DNA of 64,000 bases. Source: Spirochaetia bacterium. Lineage in GTDB: Bacteria; Spirochaetota; Spirochaetia; UBA9216. Each line of letters starts with the position of its first letter. The first letter of the stretch is position 1. The stretch is taken from the NCBI GenBank assembly GCA_965140585.1, contig OZ223264.1, positions 32,001-96,000 of the forward strand, given 5' to 3'. Below the pieces are notes generated by a model that was not told where the DNA came from, made no database searches, and was given only the letters and a program-made list of their open reading frames with translations. A program made the translations under genes and the position numbers. Positions 51,072 to 60,343 of the stretch are shown piece by piece.

Positions 51072-52265
51072 ATGAGTATTGTTTTGAGTGGACTGGGAAT
51101 CCTGTTCGGGTTTCTTCTGCTGATAGTCGGCGCCTGGAAGAAGATCAACCTTCTTGTTGTAACGCTGGCTGCAACTGCAGTAATCGCAATTTTTAACGGA
51201 TTGAATATCGCCGAAGTCTGGGCCGGAACCTATATGGAGGGGTTCACAAGTTTCGCAGGAAAGTATCTGCTTCTTTTCTGTTTCGGTTCGTTGTTTGGTA
51301 AAATCATTGAAGACAGAGGTGCCGGCTGGAGAATTGCAAATACAATTGCATCAAAAACCGGCCATAAAAAAGCCCTGGGTGCGCTTACTCTTGTGACAGC
51401 CCTTCTGTTTTACGGCGGTGTAAGTATATTTGTAATTGTATTTTTTATTCTGCCCATCGGAAAGAGTCTGTTTAAGAAAATCGGGATTCCCTGGTATCTC
51501 TTCCCTGGAATAGCAATGATCTGAACAATTCCTGCAGTCGGAATGCTTACCTGAACTCTGCAGATCCTGAATATTATTCCTACAAACTTCCTTGGTACTA
51601 CTCTGACAGCCGGAGCCGGCGTCGGTCTTGTTGCAACTGTTGTATATTTTATGATGGCTTATTTTTATACAAGACGTGTAATTCGAACCAATGCAGGTAA
51701 TTTTGTCCTTGCAGATTTCAATACAGGGCATGATGTGGAATTAAATGAGGAAGAGCTTGATTCAAGAGCGCCGAATGTTATCTTTTCGCTTATTCCAATA
51801 GCCGTTGCGCTTATCCTGATAAACGTATTCAAGATTAACATTATCATAGGAATGCTGCTTGCCAGTGTTGTCGGTGTCGCCCGAACCGTAGCCGCAGTTC
51901 CCTTCTTTGATGTAATGAAAGATGCTCTTCTTAATCTTCAGGCTAATGGTCTGATAAAGGTAATTGCAACCACATCTGTTCTTTCTGCAATGACCGGATC
52001 TTCGTCTGGAAGTATGACAATGATTCTTGATCTTTTCAGTCAGGACTTTCTGTCATGGGGATACGCCCCGGGACTTCTGCACAGATTGATCTCTGTTGCC
52101 GCTCTGGGTTTTGATTCTCTGTCATGGAATTCAGTTGTTGTAGTTTTCTTTACCTTAAGCGGGGATTCATATGCAAAGGGATATAAACATGTTTTTGCCT
52201 ATACTGTAGTTATGCCTTTAATATGTGCCTTTCTTATTATTGCCATATCACCAATATTTTATTAA
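51072..52265 (+). pseudogene. GntP-like permease with two in-frame TGA stops
   Basis: YGGVSIFVIVF, QILNIIPT..LGTT, TGSSSG; TGA at 51522 and 51552 in one continuous frame. Confidence 0.8.
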
Positions 52266-52277
52266 ACAGGAGTTTAA

Positions 52278-52499
52278 ATGAGTAATTCAGATACAAAGAA
52301 ATATCTGATCCAGCAACTTCATGATCCTAATATGGGGTCACCTGAGTTTCAGGAGATGCATACAATTACCAAGTCATCACTGATATTTATACCGGCAGGT
52401 ATGCCTCATATGCCCCTGTCGCTTAAAAGGGTTGATAGACCCATCTTTCATTTTTCAGTAGTAATGAACCCCGAATACTACGACGGGGCTTACAAATAG
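52278..52499 (+). pseudogene. Cupin-like protein, probably internally deleted
   Basis: Only the second cupin motif is present (ITKSSLIFIPAGMPHMPL..VDRP), directly after a short N-terminus. Confidence 0.55.
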
Positions 52500-52525
52500 A
52501 GGAAAAGTTATAATTTCGTTGCTTA

Positions 52526-52559
52526 CATTACAGGTAATATACTAATATTACCTGTAATG
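52526..52559. promoter_or_regulatory. Perfect 15-bp inverted repeat covering the -10 region and start codon
   Basis: CATTACAGGTAATAT-ACTA-ATATTACCTGTAATG. Confidence 0.6.
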
Positions 52560-53372
52560 ACTAATAAAACACTGCAGTCTTTTCTACCCCGTAAGGGAAT
52601 CACAATTATCAGCGGTTATACCGATGCTGATATTCTTGTTTATGTAGCAGCATATGAACTGGATAAGGATAACAGTATCGAGATCCGTTTTCCGAAGGGA
52701 CATCGATTTAAAGATGGTCAGTTTGTGACTCTGCACCTTGATAACAGGACCGGAGTCGAAGAATACGATTCAGATTTACGGGTTTACCGAACATCCTACC
52801 GGGGTATTGTTTCAAATATTAAGGGAAATGATATAAAAGTCCTTCCGAAAGAATTCATGTGCTACTATTCGAACGACTGTGTCATAAAATATGTGTCGCC
52901 TGATTTTCAATATGATTTTGTAAATGAAACAAACCCCATACCGGAATCCGGAATAGAACATTCTGAACTTCGCTGGACCGGAAGAGAGTACGAGAATAAG
53001 CTGGGAGTTTTAATCACACGGCTTAAAGAGTATCCTCACTCTTCCTTAATGGCTTTTCTTTCCACCGAATGTGATGATATTTTTCTGATCACCCTGAAAA
53101 GCCTGTTTAAGTCTTCGGTAATCCACCGGGATAACAGATGCTGTTTTGCGATTGATCACAGGTCGGATTTTGTATTTGAAAAAGCCTATGACTGGAATTA
53201 CACAATTGTGGAGGCAGATGCTTACACAGTGTCTAACAGTAATCCTGTCTTTGAAGAGATTCAGTCGAGGTTTGTAGATAAGAACCCCTGGGAAGCTTCA
53301 TTCTTTCTAAGTCCTGAAGTTGAAATGTTTCATCTTAAACCGAATAAAATACTGATGCCCGATACAATATAG
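52557..53372 (+). CDS. Pyridoxamine 5'-phosphate oxidase-like (split-barrel) protein
   Basis: C-half GVLIT...PHSSLMAF..IFLIT...K...I..CFAID, FVDKNP. Confidence 0.6.
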   Translation: MTNKTLQSFLPRKGITIISGYTDADILVYVAAYELDKDNSIEIRFPKGHRFKDGQFVTLHLDNRTGVEEYDSDLRVYRTSYRGIVSNIKGNDIKVLPKEFMCYYSNDCVIKYVSPDFQYDFVNETNPIPESGIEHSELRWTGREYENKLGVLITRLKEYPHSSLMAFLSTECDDIFLITLKSLFKSSVIHRDNRCCFAIDHRSDFVFEKAYDWNYTIVEADAYTVSNSNPVFEEIQSRFVDKNPWEASFFLSPEVEMFHLKPNKILMPDTI

Positions 53373-53380
53373 GAGCTGTT

Positions 53381-54565
53381 ATGCAACTTTCACTTAAGGA
53401 ATATTTCATCTCTCTTTCCTCGCTTCTGGACTTTCTGGAGGTGGAAATGCATTCCAGACCTACTAATCACTGTAAAAGGGTTGCACTTTTTGCTTTGAAG
53501 CTGGGCAGTGAAATGGGGCTTGATGAGGATGAGCGTTTCAGTCTGGGTGCCCTGGCTCTGCTGCATGATCTAGGTGCATCGATGGCGGTGCTGATCCAGA
53601 AAATGGAAAAGCAGAAAAATCCTGACATTGAAGTATTTCCTGATCACTGTAAGGCCGGAGCCGATCTTGTCTCAGGCATTCCGTTTCTGTCCGGGCAATC
53701 TGATGTTATTCTGTATCACCACGAACGCTATGACGGCAAGGGCTATTACGGCGCAGATACCGTTCCGCTTTTCTCAAGCATTATAACCATAAGCGACAGG
53801 GTTGATATGGAGCTGTTTAATAAATCTTCCGGGATGGACGCACCCAATAAGCTGTTGGAAAAAGAAAAGGGCAGGATTTTTTCTCCGGAAATTGCAGAGG
53901 CCGGACTTCTCTCATTAAGCAGCTGCAATATGTTTCAGACTCTGGATGATGCAAATGTTCTGTCCGGAATAAACGCGGAACTGCCGGAAAAGATGATCTC
54001 CGCATCAGGAGAAGAGATACTTGAAATGACTCAGCCTTTTTCAAATATCGTTGATGCAAAATCACCCTTTACCAGGAATCATTCCTCTCAGCTCACCGAT
54101 AAGGTTGCTGCGATGTGTGAGTATTATAAGTTTGACAGAGAAAAAACTATTAAGATGCTTATCGCAGCTAATCTTCATGATATCGGAAAACTGGCGGTGC
54201 CGAACAGGATTCTTGAAAAGAACGGAAAGCTGACTCCTGAAGAATTTGATGTGATAAAGACACATACTTATTACACCAGGATTGCACTTCAGCAGATCTC
54301 CGGCTGGGAGGATATCACCGACTGGGCTTCCGATCATCATGAAAAGTTGAACGGAAAAGGATATCCGATAGGCAAATCTGCAGATGAACTGTCATTTGAA
54401 GCAAGGTTTATGGCATGTCTGGATATCTATCAGGCGCTATCCGAAGACAGGCCCTACAAGCAGGGATTCTCAAATGAGAAGTCTTTCGGGATCCTTGATG
54501 AATGTGTTGCCAGAAATGAGATCGACGGTTCTATCGTTGAGGATATGAAGAAGGTTTTTGTTTAA
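53381..54565 (+). CDS. Tandem HD-GYP phosphodiesterase
   Basis: Two HD domains: LLHDLG..HHERYDGKGY and LHDIGK..HHEKLNGKGYP, DRPYK. Confidence 0.9.
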   Translation: MQLSLKEYFISLSSLLDFLEVEMHSRPTNHCKRVALFALKLGSEMGLDEDERFSLGALALLHDLGASMAVLIQKMEKQKNPDIEVFPDHCKAGADLVSGIPFLSGQSDVILYHHERYDGKGYYGADTVPLFSSIITISDRVDMELFNKSSGMDAPNKLLEKEKGRIFSPEIAEAGLLSLSSCNMFQTLDDANVLSGINAELPEKMISASGEEILEMTQPFSNIVDAKSPFTRNHSSQLTDKVAAMCEYYKFDREKTIKMLIAANLHDIGKLAVPNRILEKNGKLTPEEFDVIKTHTYYTRIALQQISGWEDITDWASDHHEKLNGKGYPIGKSADELSFEARFMACLDIYQALSEDRPYKQGFSNEKSFGILDECVARNEIDGSIVEDMKKVFV

Positions 54566-54567
54566 AT

Positions 54568-54618
54568 CATGGCTGTTTTGAATATCTCTTAGACGGAATC
54601 TTATTCAAATCAGCCATG
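54568..54618. repeat. 17-bp inverted repeat (one mismatch) with a 17-nt spacer
   Basis: CATGGCTGTTTTGAATA...TATTCAAATCAGCCATG; no U-tract. Confidence 0.6.
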
Positions 54619-54658
54619 GAAATTCCGGGTTGAAAAAGCTAACATTCTTCCTGTTATT

Positions 54659-55999
54659 ATGCAGGATATATTTAAAGAAGGTGTTCACCTCAAACCATTC
54701 TACAGATTTATTTTCCCGTCCATTATCCAGATGGTTTTCATGTCCATCAATTATATCATTGACGGTATTCTCATTGCCAATTTCCTGGGGATAAATGCCT
54801 TTGCCGCTTTGAATCTCTGCTACCCGGTGGAGTCGCTGATATGGGGCTTGTCCGTAATGCCTGCAGCCGGAGCCTCCGCTCTCATAGCTATTCTTCTTGG
54901 CGAAGGAAAAACAGAAAAGGCCAATAGCCGCTTTACCCTGATATGTCTTGTTGCTCTTGGCATCGGCCTGCTGTATACACTGGTTGTCTACGTGTTTATG
55001 GAGCAGATTCTGAATCTTCTCGGGGCAACCGGACTGCTGCGTGAAAACAGCAGAACCTATCTGATGATAGCAAATATCGGAACACCCTTTGCATTTCTGG
55101 GAGTAATCCTCGGCTTTTTTATCAGGGTTGACGGCAGCCCCAGATTTACGCTTCTTCAGAATGCGGCAGGAGGGGTTGCCCTTGTCGGTCTTGATTTCCT
55201 GCTGATGGGTAAGCTCGGCTGGGGTATTGAAGCCCCCGCTATTGCTACGCTTGCCTGGCTTGTTGTGAAAGCTGTTTTAGGTGTCTGGTATTTTCTGCGC
55301 CATAACAAGACCATTAAATTTGTAAAACCGCAGTGGGACGGTAAATTTGTCAGAGATTCTCTGGTTAACGGTTCGTCCGAGCTTGTCTCTGAAAGTTCTG
55401 CCGGGCTGGTTGCCTTTGTATTCAATCTGCTGGCCCTTCATTACGTAGGAGAAGCGGGGGTTGCTGCAATAGGTATAATCATGACAGTGAATTTTCTGCT
55501 CATCTCACTTTACTTCGGTTATATCTCCGGAGCCAGTCCTCTTATAAGCTACTACTATGGTGCCTCGGAATTTAAGATAGTAAATACAATTCACAGATGG
55601 TCCAAAAACCTGCTGCTTGTAAGTTCTGTTGTAATTGCCGGCTTAACCTTTATCTTTGCTGAGAATCTTGTTTCAATTTATGAATCAAATGACAGCGAAG
55701 TTTTCCGGATTGCGGTAACCGGAATGCGTTTTCTTGCCGCGGGGCTGCTTTTCGGCGGCGTGAACATTTATGCCTCGGGATTTTTTACCGCATATGGAAA
55801 CGGTTTGATTTCTTCGATTATTTCGTTTTCGCATTCAATTGTTTTTACCCTGCTATTCGGCCTTGTGTTCACCGCGGTAATGGGATTTGACGGAATATGG
55901 TTATCGATCTGTACCGCGGAGTTTTTGACGCTGATTATTTCACTTGTATGTTTTTATATTTTCAGAAACAAGTATAGATATTCATTTTTTAAGAGCTGA
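54659..55999 (+). CDS. MATE family efflux transporter
   Basis: FIFPSI, IDGI.IAN..G..A.AALN, RVDGSP, NGSSE, PLISYYYGA. Confidence 0.92.
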   Translation: MQDIFKEGVHLKPFYRFIFPSIIQMVFMSINYIIDGILIANFLGINAFAALNLCYPVESLIWGLSVMPAAGASALIAILLGEGKTEKANSRFTLICLVALGIGLLYTLVVYVFMEQILNLLGATGLLRENSRTYLMIANIGTPFAFLGVILGFFIRVDGSPRFTLLQNAAGGVALVGLDFLLMGKLGWGIEAPAIATLAWLVVKAVLGVWYFLRHNKTIKFVKPQWDGKFVRDSLVNGSSELVSESSAGLVAFVFNLLALHYVGEAGVAAIGIIMTVNFLLISLYFGYISGASPLISYYYGASEFKIVNTIHRWSKNLLLVSSVVIAGLTFIFAENLVSIYESNDSEVFRIAVTGMRFLAAGLLFGGVNIYASGFFTAYGNGLISSIISFSHSIVFTLLFGLVFTAVMGFDGIWLSICTAEFLTLIISLVCFYIFRNKYRYSFFKS

Positions 56000-56053
56000 T
56001 TATAAAAGTATCAATTCTGTGATATTCTGGATCCGCAGGACTGCGGAACAGAT

Positions 56054-57010
56054 ATGATTAAAGAAGAGGAAATAGAATATCCGGAAGGGAGTCCGCTTTC
56101 ATTCAGGATTTATTCTGTTGAACACTATCATGTACATTTTCACTCCGACTCGCTTGAGCTGATATTATGCCTTGAAGGTTCGGTCTTTATTCAGAACTGT
56201 TCCGAGACCAGAAAGCTAAATGTCGGACAAATTTACAGCGTTGATATGCCGGACATTCATCACCTTTACTCAGAAGAGCCTAATATTATTGTTTCCTTTT
56301 ACATCAGACTCAGTCCGTTTTATTCCCGATGGCCTGAGCTCAGGCACATATGGTTTGCCTGCAACCCCTCCAATCTCAGTCCTGTAAAAAGGAAAGCCCT
56401 TGAGCGAATTGAAGAGCTGATTCTATTCACTGCATACGGGGCTGTTTCCGGAAAAACGATGGATGAGGCGGAAGCTGAAAAAATAGCCCTTGAGATGCTG
56501 CAGCTTTTAATTGATTATTTTAACTACTATTATTTTAATAAAGAAACAGTCAGCCATAACCCCGATACTATCAGGCGTTTCAACAGGATAATATCCTATT
56601 GTCAGGAAAATTACCGGAATAAAATAACACTGTCAGATATTGCCGAGAACGAGAATCTGAATAAATTCTACATATCGCAGCTGCTTCGCAACAGCAGCTT
56701 TGACGGTTTCAGCAGGGTCCTTGGTTATATCAGGTGTCTTCACGCAGTGCATCTTCTTCTTACAACTGAAGATTCAATTGAACAGATCTCCAGTGATTGC
56801 GGATTTTCAGATTTGAAATACTTTTATAGGCAGTTCCGTGAATGGTGGAAGTGTACTCCGAATGAATTCCGTATCAGGCACGAGGAATACCTGCAAGAAC
56901 CGGAAATTTTCTGTGACATCAATGAAGCTGAAGTAAAAACACTGCTAAAGACCTATATTATTTCCCGGATGATGCGCAGATGGGCACCATCCGGTACTAT
57001 TCAACCATGA
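56054..57010 (+). CDS. AraC family regulator
   Basis: Cupin HFH..LE N-domain; ISSDCGFSDLKYFYRQF..TP.EFR. Confidence 0.9.
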   Translation: MIKEEEIEYPEGSPLSFRIYSVEHYHVHFHSDSLELILCLEGSVFIQNCSETRKLNVGQIYSVDMPDIHHLYSEEPNIIVSFYIRLSPFYSRWPELRHIWFACNPSNLSPVKRKALERIEELILFTAYGAVSGKTMDEAEAEKIALEMLQLLIDYFNYYYFNKETVSHNPDTIRRFNRIISYCQENYRNKITLSDIAENENLNKFYISQLLRNSSFDGFSRVLGYIRCLHAVHLLLTTEDSIEQISSDCGFSDLKYFYRQFREWWKCTPNEFRIRHEEYLQEPEIFCDINEAEVKTLLKTYIISRMMRRWAPSGTIQP

Positions 57011-57260
57011 ACTGACCCATCATCCCCGAGTCCTCATGTTCAAGCAGATGGCAGTGATACATGTACAGACCGGTATAATCCCTGAAGCTTACGCCAATCA
57101 CAGCAGTATCGCCGGCATTAAGGAGAATTGTGTCTTTGGGGCCTGCATAAACCGGATCCGGTTTTCTACCGTTGAAAGACAGCACCGTGAACTGTGTATC
57201 ATGGACATGGAATGAATGCGGTATGTTCATCATTCCCACCCCTATGTTGCGTACTGTCTT
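56997..57260 (-). pseudogene. Multicopper oxidase, C-terminal remnant
   Basis: PHSFHVH, KDT, YMYHCHLLEHEDSGMMGQF; the AAAGGAGG RBS is not followed by a properly spaced start codon. Confidence 0.85.
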
Positions 57261-57269
57261 AACCTCCTT

Positions 57270-59708
57270 TCAGACCGGGCTGTAGCCGGCCTGCTTGACT
57301 GCATCCTTTACAGCCTCTGTCAGGGCTGCATTTTCTGCCGCAGCCTTAAATGCAAGTTCTTTCTTTTCAAGATCTACTTCCGCAGATTCTACTCCGCTGA
57401 CAGACATTGCCGCTTTTTCAACCGCCATTTTACAGTGGTTGCATGTCATTCCATCTACTGTAATTTTTTCAGTCATTTGATCCTCCCTGGATTCATTTGT
57501 TTTTACTGGTGTTATTTTTTTCAGTTTGAATTTCTTCAGACTGAGTGAATTCGATACTACTGATACCGAGCTGAACGCCATTGCTGCACCGGCAATTATA
57601 GGGTTAAGAAATCCGAGTGCAGCAAAAGGAATTCCAATCGAGTTGTAGAAAAAAGCCCAGAACAGATTCTGACGGATTTTAGCCATCGTTTTACGTGAAA
57701 GCAGTATGGCAGCTGAAATTTCCCGCAGATCTCCTCTCATAAGAGTTATGTCCGCTGACTCCATGGCTATGTCCGAACCGGACCCCATGGCTATTCCTAT
57801 GTCTGCAGTCGCCAGGGCGGGGGCATCGTTTATTCCGTCTCCGACCATAGTGACGATTTTCCTGCTGTTCTGAAGTTTCTTAACTTCAGCGGCCTTCTGT
57901 TCCGGCAGGACTTCTGCAAGAATGTTTGTAATTCCGGCTTGTTCCGCTATCGCCACAGCAGTGATGCGGTTGTCGCCGGTTATCATGTATACTTCAATTC
58001 CCAGCTCTTTCAGACGGGCAACACCTTCTCTGGACTCCGGTTTTATACTGTCCGCAATTGCAAGCAGGCCGGATGGTCTGCCGTTTTCTGACATCACTAT
58101 TACAGTATTGCCCTTTGACTCAAGTTCTGTTTTCCGGGACAGAAATGTTTCAGTGCTGATTCCTTTTTCCTGCATAAAGGAGGTCGTTCCTATCAGGTAT
58201 TCTGCACCGTTTAATTTTCCGCTGATTCCCTTTCCCGGAATTGCATTAAAGTCTGAGACCTGCAGTAGAGCAAGGTTTTTGCTTTCCGCGGCATCAACTA
58301 CGGCCAAAGCAAGCGGGTGTTCTGAATTCTTTTCCAGAGATGCGGCTGCGGCCAGGAGTGAATCTTCATCCGTCTCGGCAGTGAGCGGGACAATCTTCTG
58401 AAGCGCAGGTTTGCCCATGGTAATGGTTCCGGTTTTATCCAATACAACTGATGTTATTTTCCCGGCGTTCTGAAGTACCTCTCCGTTTTTAAGTAGTATT
58501 CCCCGCTGAGCACCTATCCCGGTTCCCACCATAATTGCTGTGGGGGTAGCAAGGCCCAGCGCACAGGGGCATGCTATTACAAGAACCGCCACCGCCGGTA
58601 CTATCGCTGAAAAAACTGATCCGCTTATTACCCACCACAATATGAAGGTAAGAACTGCTATTCCGAGCACTATCGGAACAAAAACTGCCGCAACCTTGTC
58701 TGCCAGTTTCTGGATAGGAGCCTTTGAGCCCTGTGCTTCCTCTACTATCGATATCATTCGGGAAAGAACTGAATCACTGCCTACATGCTCCGCTTCGAAT
58801 TTTACTGAACCGTAGCCGTTGATAGATCCGCTTACGACCCTGTCCCCGGCCTGTTTCTCAACCGGCATGCTTTCGCCTGTTATTACGCTCTCATCGGCGG
58901 TTGTGTTTCCGTCAGTGATTATTCCGTCTACAGGAAAACGTTCGCCGGGTTTGACCAGAACGACATCACCGGGAATAACATCATCGATGGGGACCTCTAT
59001 CTGCTCTCCATTGCGTTCAATATGTGCGGTTTTAGGCTGGAGCCCCATCAGTTTTTTTATTGCCTCGGAGGTTTTTCCTTTTGCTTTCATTTCAAGGTAT
59101 CTGCCCAGAAGCACCAGGGTGATAATTATGGCCGAGGCTTCAAAATACAGGCCGGCAGATTCAAAACCAATCCGGGACGCTATAAAACCGTTGAAGATAC
59201 TGAATAAATATGCGGTTGAAGTTCCAAGCACTACAAGTACATCCATACCCGGGCTTCCGGATTTTATGGTCTTCCATGCTACTTTGTAGAATTCCTTTCC
59301 TATCCAAAACTGAACAGGAGTTGCAAGAACCAGCTGAATAAGCGGGTTATGCAGAAACATCAGCGCTTCAATTTTAAGTATAGAAGCAAACATAGCTGTA
59401 AGAAGCGGAATGCTGAGTATTACCGAAATAATGGTTTTTCTTTTAAGAGAATTCAGCTCTTTCTGTTTTACATTTTCTTCCTTGTCGCTTCCCGGGTCGG
59501 GAAGGGCAGCGGCATATCCTGCATCTGATACAGACCTTATTATGTCCTCTATATTAGTTTTATCAGGATCATAGCTGACTGTTGCTTTTTCTGTGGCGAG
59601 ATTAACCGAAGCCAGCTCAATACCTGAGCCGCTTTTTATTCCTTTTTCTACATGGGCTACGCATGACGCACAGGTCATACCCTGAATATTAAGTTGTACA
59701 ATTTCCAT
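57270..59708 (-). CDS. copA: Cu(I)-transporting P1B ATPase with N- and C-terminal HMA domains
   Basis: GMTCASC, TGES, CPC, DKTGT, GDGIND, YN/MAFSS, C-terminal GMTCNHC. Confidence 0.95.
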   Translation of the reverse strand: MEIVQLNIQGMTCASCVAHVEKGIKSGSGIELASVNLATEKATVSYDPDKTNIEDIIRSVSDAGYAAALPDPGSDKEENVKQKELNSLKRKTIISVILSIPLLTAMFASILKIEALMFLHNPLIQLVLATPVQFWIGKEFYKVAWKTIKSGSPGMDVLVVLGTSTAYLFSIFNGFIASRIGFESAGLYFEASAIIITLVLLGRYLEMKAKGKTSEAIKKLMGLQPKTAHIERNGEQIEVPIDDVIPGDVVLVKPGERFPVDGIITDGNTTADESVITGESMPVEKQAGDRVVSGSINGYGSVKFEAEHVGSDSVLSRMISIVEEAQGSKAPIQKLADKVAAVFVPIVLGIAVLTFILWWVISGSVFSAIVPAVAVLVIACPCALGLATPTAIMVGTGIGAQRGILLKNGEVLQNAGKITSVVLDKTGTITMGKPALQKIVPLTAETDEDSLLAAAASLEKNSEHPLALAVVDAAESKNLALLQVSDFNAIPGKGISGKLNGAEYLIGTTSFMQEKGISTETFLSRKTELESKGNTVIVMSENGRPSGLLAIADSIKPESREGVARLKELGIEVYMITGDNRITAVAIAEQAGITNILAEVLPEQKAAEVKKLQNSRKIVTMVGDGINDAPALATADIGIAMGSGSDIAMESADITLMRGDLREISAAILLSRKTMAKIRQNLFWAFFYNSIGIPFAALGFLNPIIAGAAMAFSSVSVVSNSLSLKKFKLKKITPVKTNESREDQMTEKITVDGMTCNHCKMAVEKAAMSVSGVESAEVDLEKKELAFKAAAENAALTEAVKDAVKQAGYSPV

Positions 59709-59717
59709 AATGACTCC

Positions 59718-60041
59718 CTATTTTGTCATTTTCCGGACAGTAGCTAAAAGCTCATCAATAACTTCATCGCTGCCTTCGCGAATCTGTTCTACAACACAGC
59801 TTTTCATATGTGCTTCAAGCAGCGACATCTTCACACCGTTAATTGCTGACTGTACGGCCATGAATTGGTGAAGAATATCGTCACAGTAGACGTCTTTTTC
59901 AATCATTCCGGAAATACCGCGGATCTGCCCTTCAATTTTTTTCATCCGTGTAATCATATTCGCTTTCTGCTCATATGAGTGATGAGCCTTTCTGGTTCCG
60001 CCTGTATTTTCAGCAAGGATATGGCAGCTATTTTCGTTCAT
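59718..60041 (-). CDS. csoR: Copper-sensing repressor
   Basis: IEGQIRGI..M..YC.DIL.Q, HMKSC. Confidence 0.9.
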   Translation of the reverse strand: MNENSCHILAENTGGTRKAHHSYEQKANMITRMKKIEGQIRGISGMIEKDVYCDDILHQFMAVQSAINGVKMSLLEAHMKSCVVEQIREGSDEVIDELLATVRKMTK

Positions 60042-60174
60042 ATTTATTCTCCCTGTTTAGATCGCAGCAGTCGAGTCGTCCTTTTCCATAAAGATCTTCA
60101 TTAACCTTTGCGAGTCTGTCCAGATAATTTTTCCACTTTCTGCTGATGGAATTAAGTACTATCTTCATTTCCAT
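60028..60174 (-). CDS. Small LDCC-motif putative metal-binding protein
   Basis: GGAGG-ATG at 60174; ..YLDRLAKVNE..YG.GRLDCCDLN. Confidence 0.75.
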   Translation of the reverse strand: MEMKIVLNSISRKWKNYLDRLAKVNEDLYGKGRLDCCDLNRENKYERK

Positions 60175-60182
60175 ACCTCCAG

Positions 60183-60234
60183 ATACCCCCAGGGGGTATA
60201 CTTGTAAGTTAATAAACCTTACTGCAATTGTCAA
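60183..60234 (-). promoter_or_regulatory. CsoR operator and -35 box
   Basis: Palindrome ATACCCCC-A-GGGGGTAT (60183..60199); minus-strand TTGACA at 60229..60234. Confidence 0.8.
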
Positions 60235-60343
60235 GTAAAGTGTGTCAGTAGGGGACTATTTGAGGTGAATTCCTTTCTACCATCGCTGCTATAATTCAAT
60301 TCCATGAAAGCTGTAGCCGGTAAACTGTGATATAATTTTCTAC

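Noticed and set aside
41044-52265. Alternative genetic code or selenocysteine readthrough at in-frame TAA/TGA
   Set aside because: TAA and TGA end many intact genes here, and the affected genes carry other signs of damage
477-59289. Numerous 60-175 aa antisense or off-frame ORFs
   Set aside because: They overlap well-supported genes and lack an RBS or recognisable motifs
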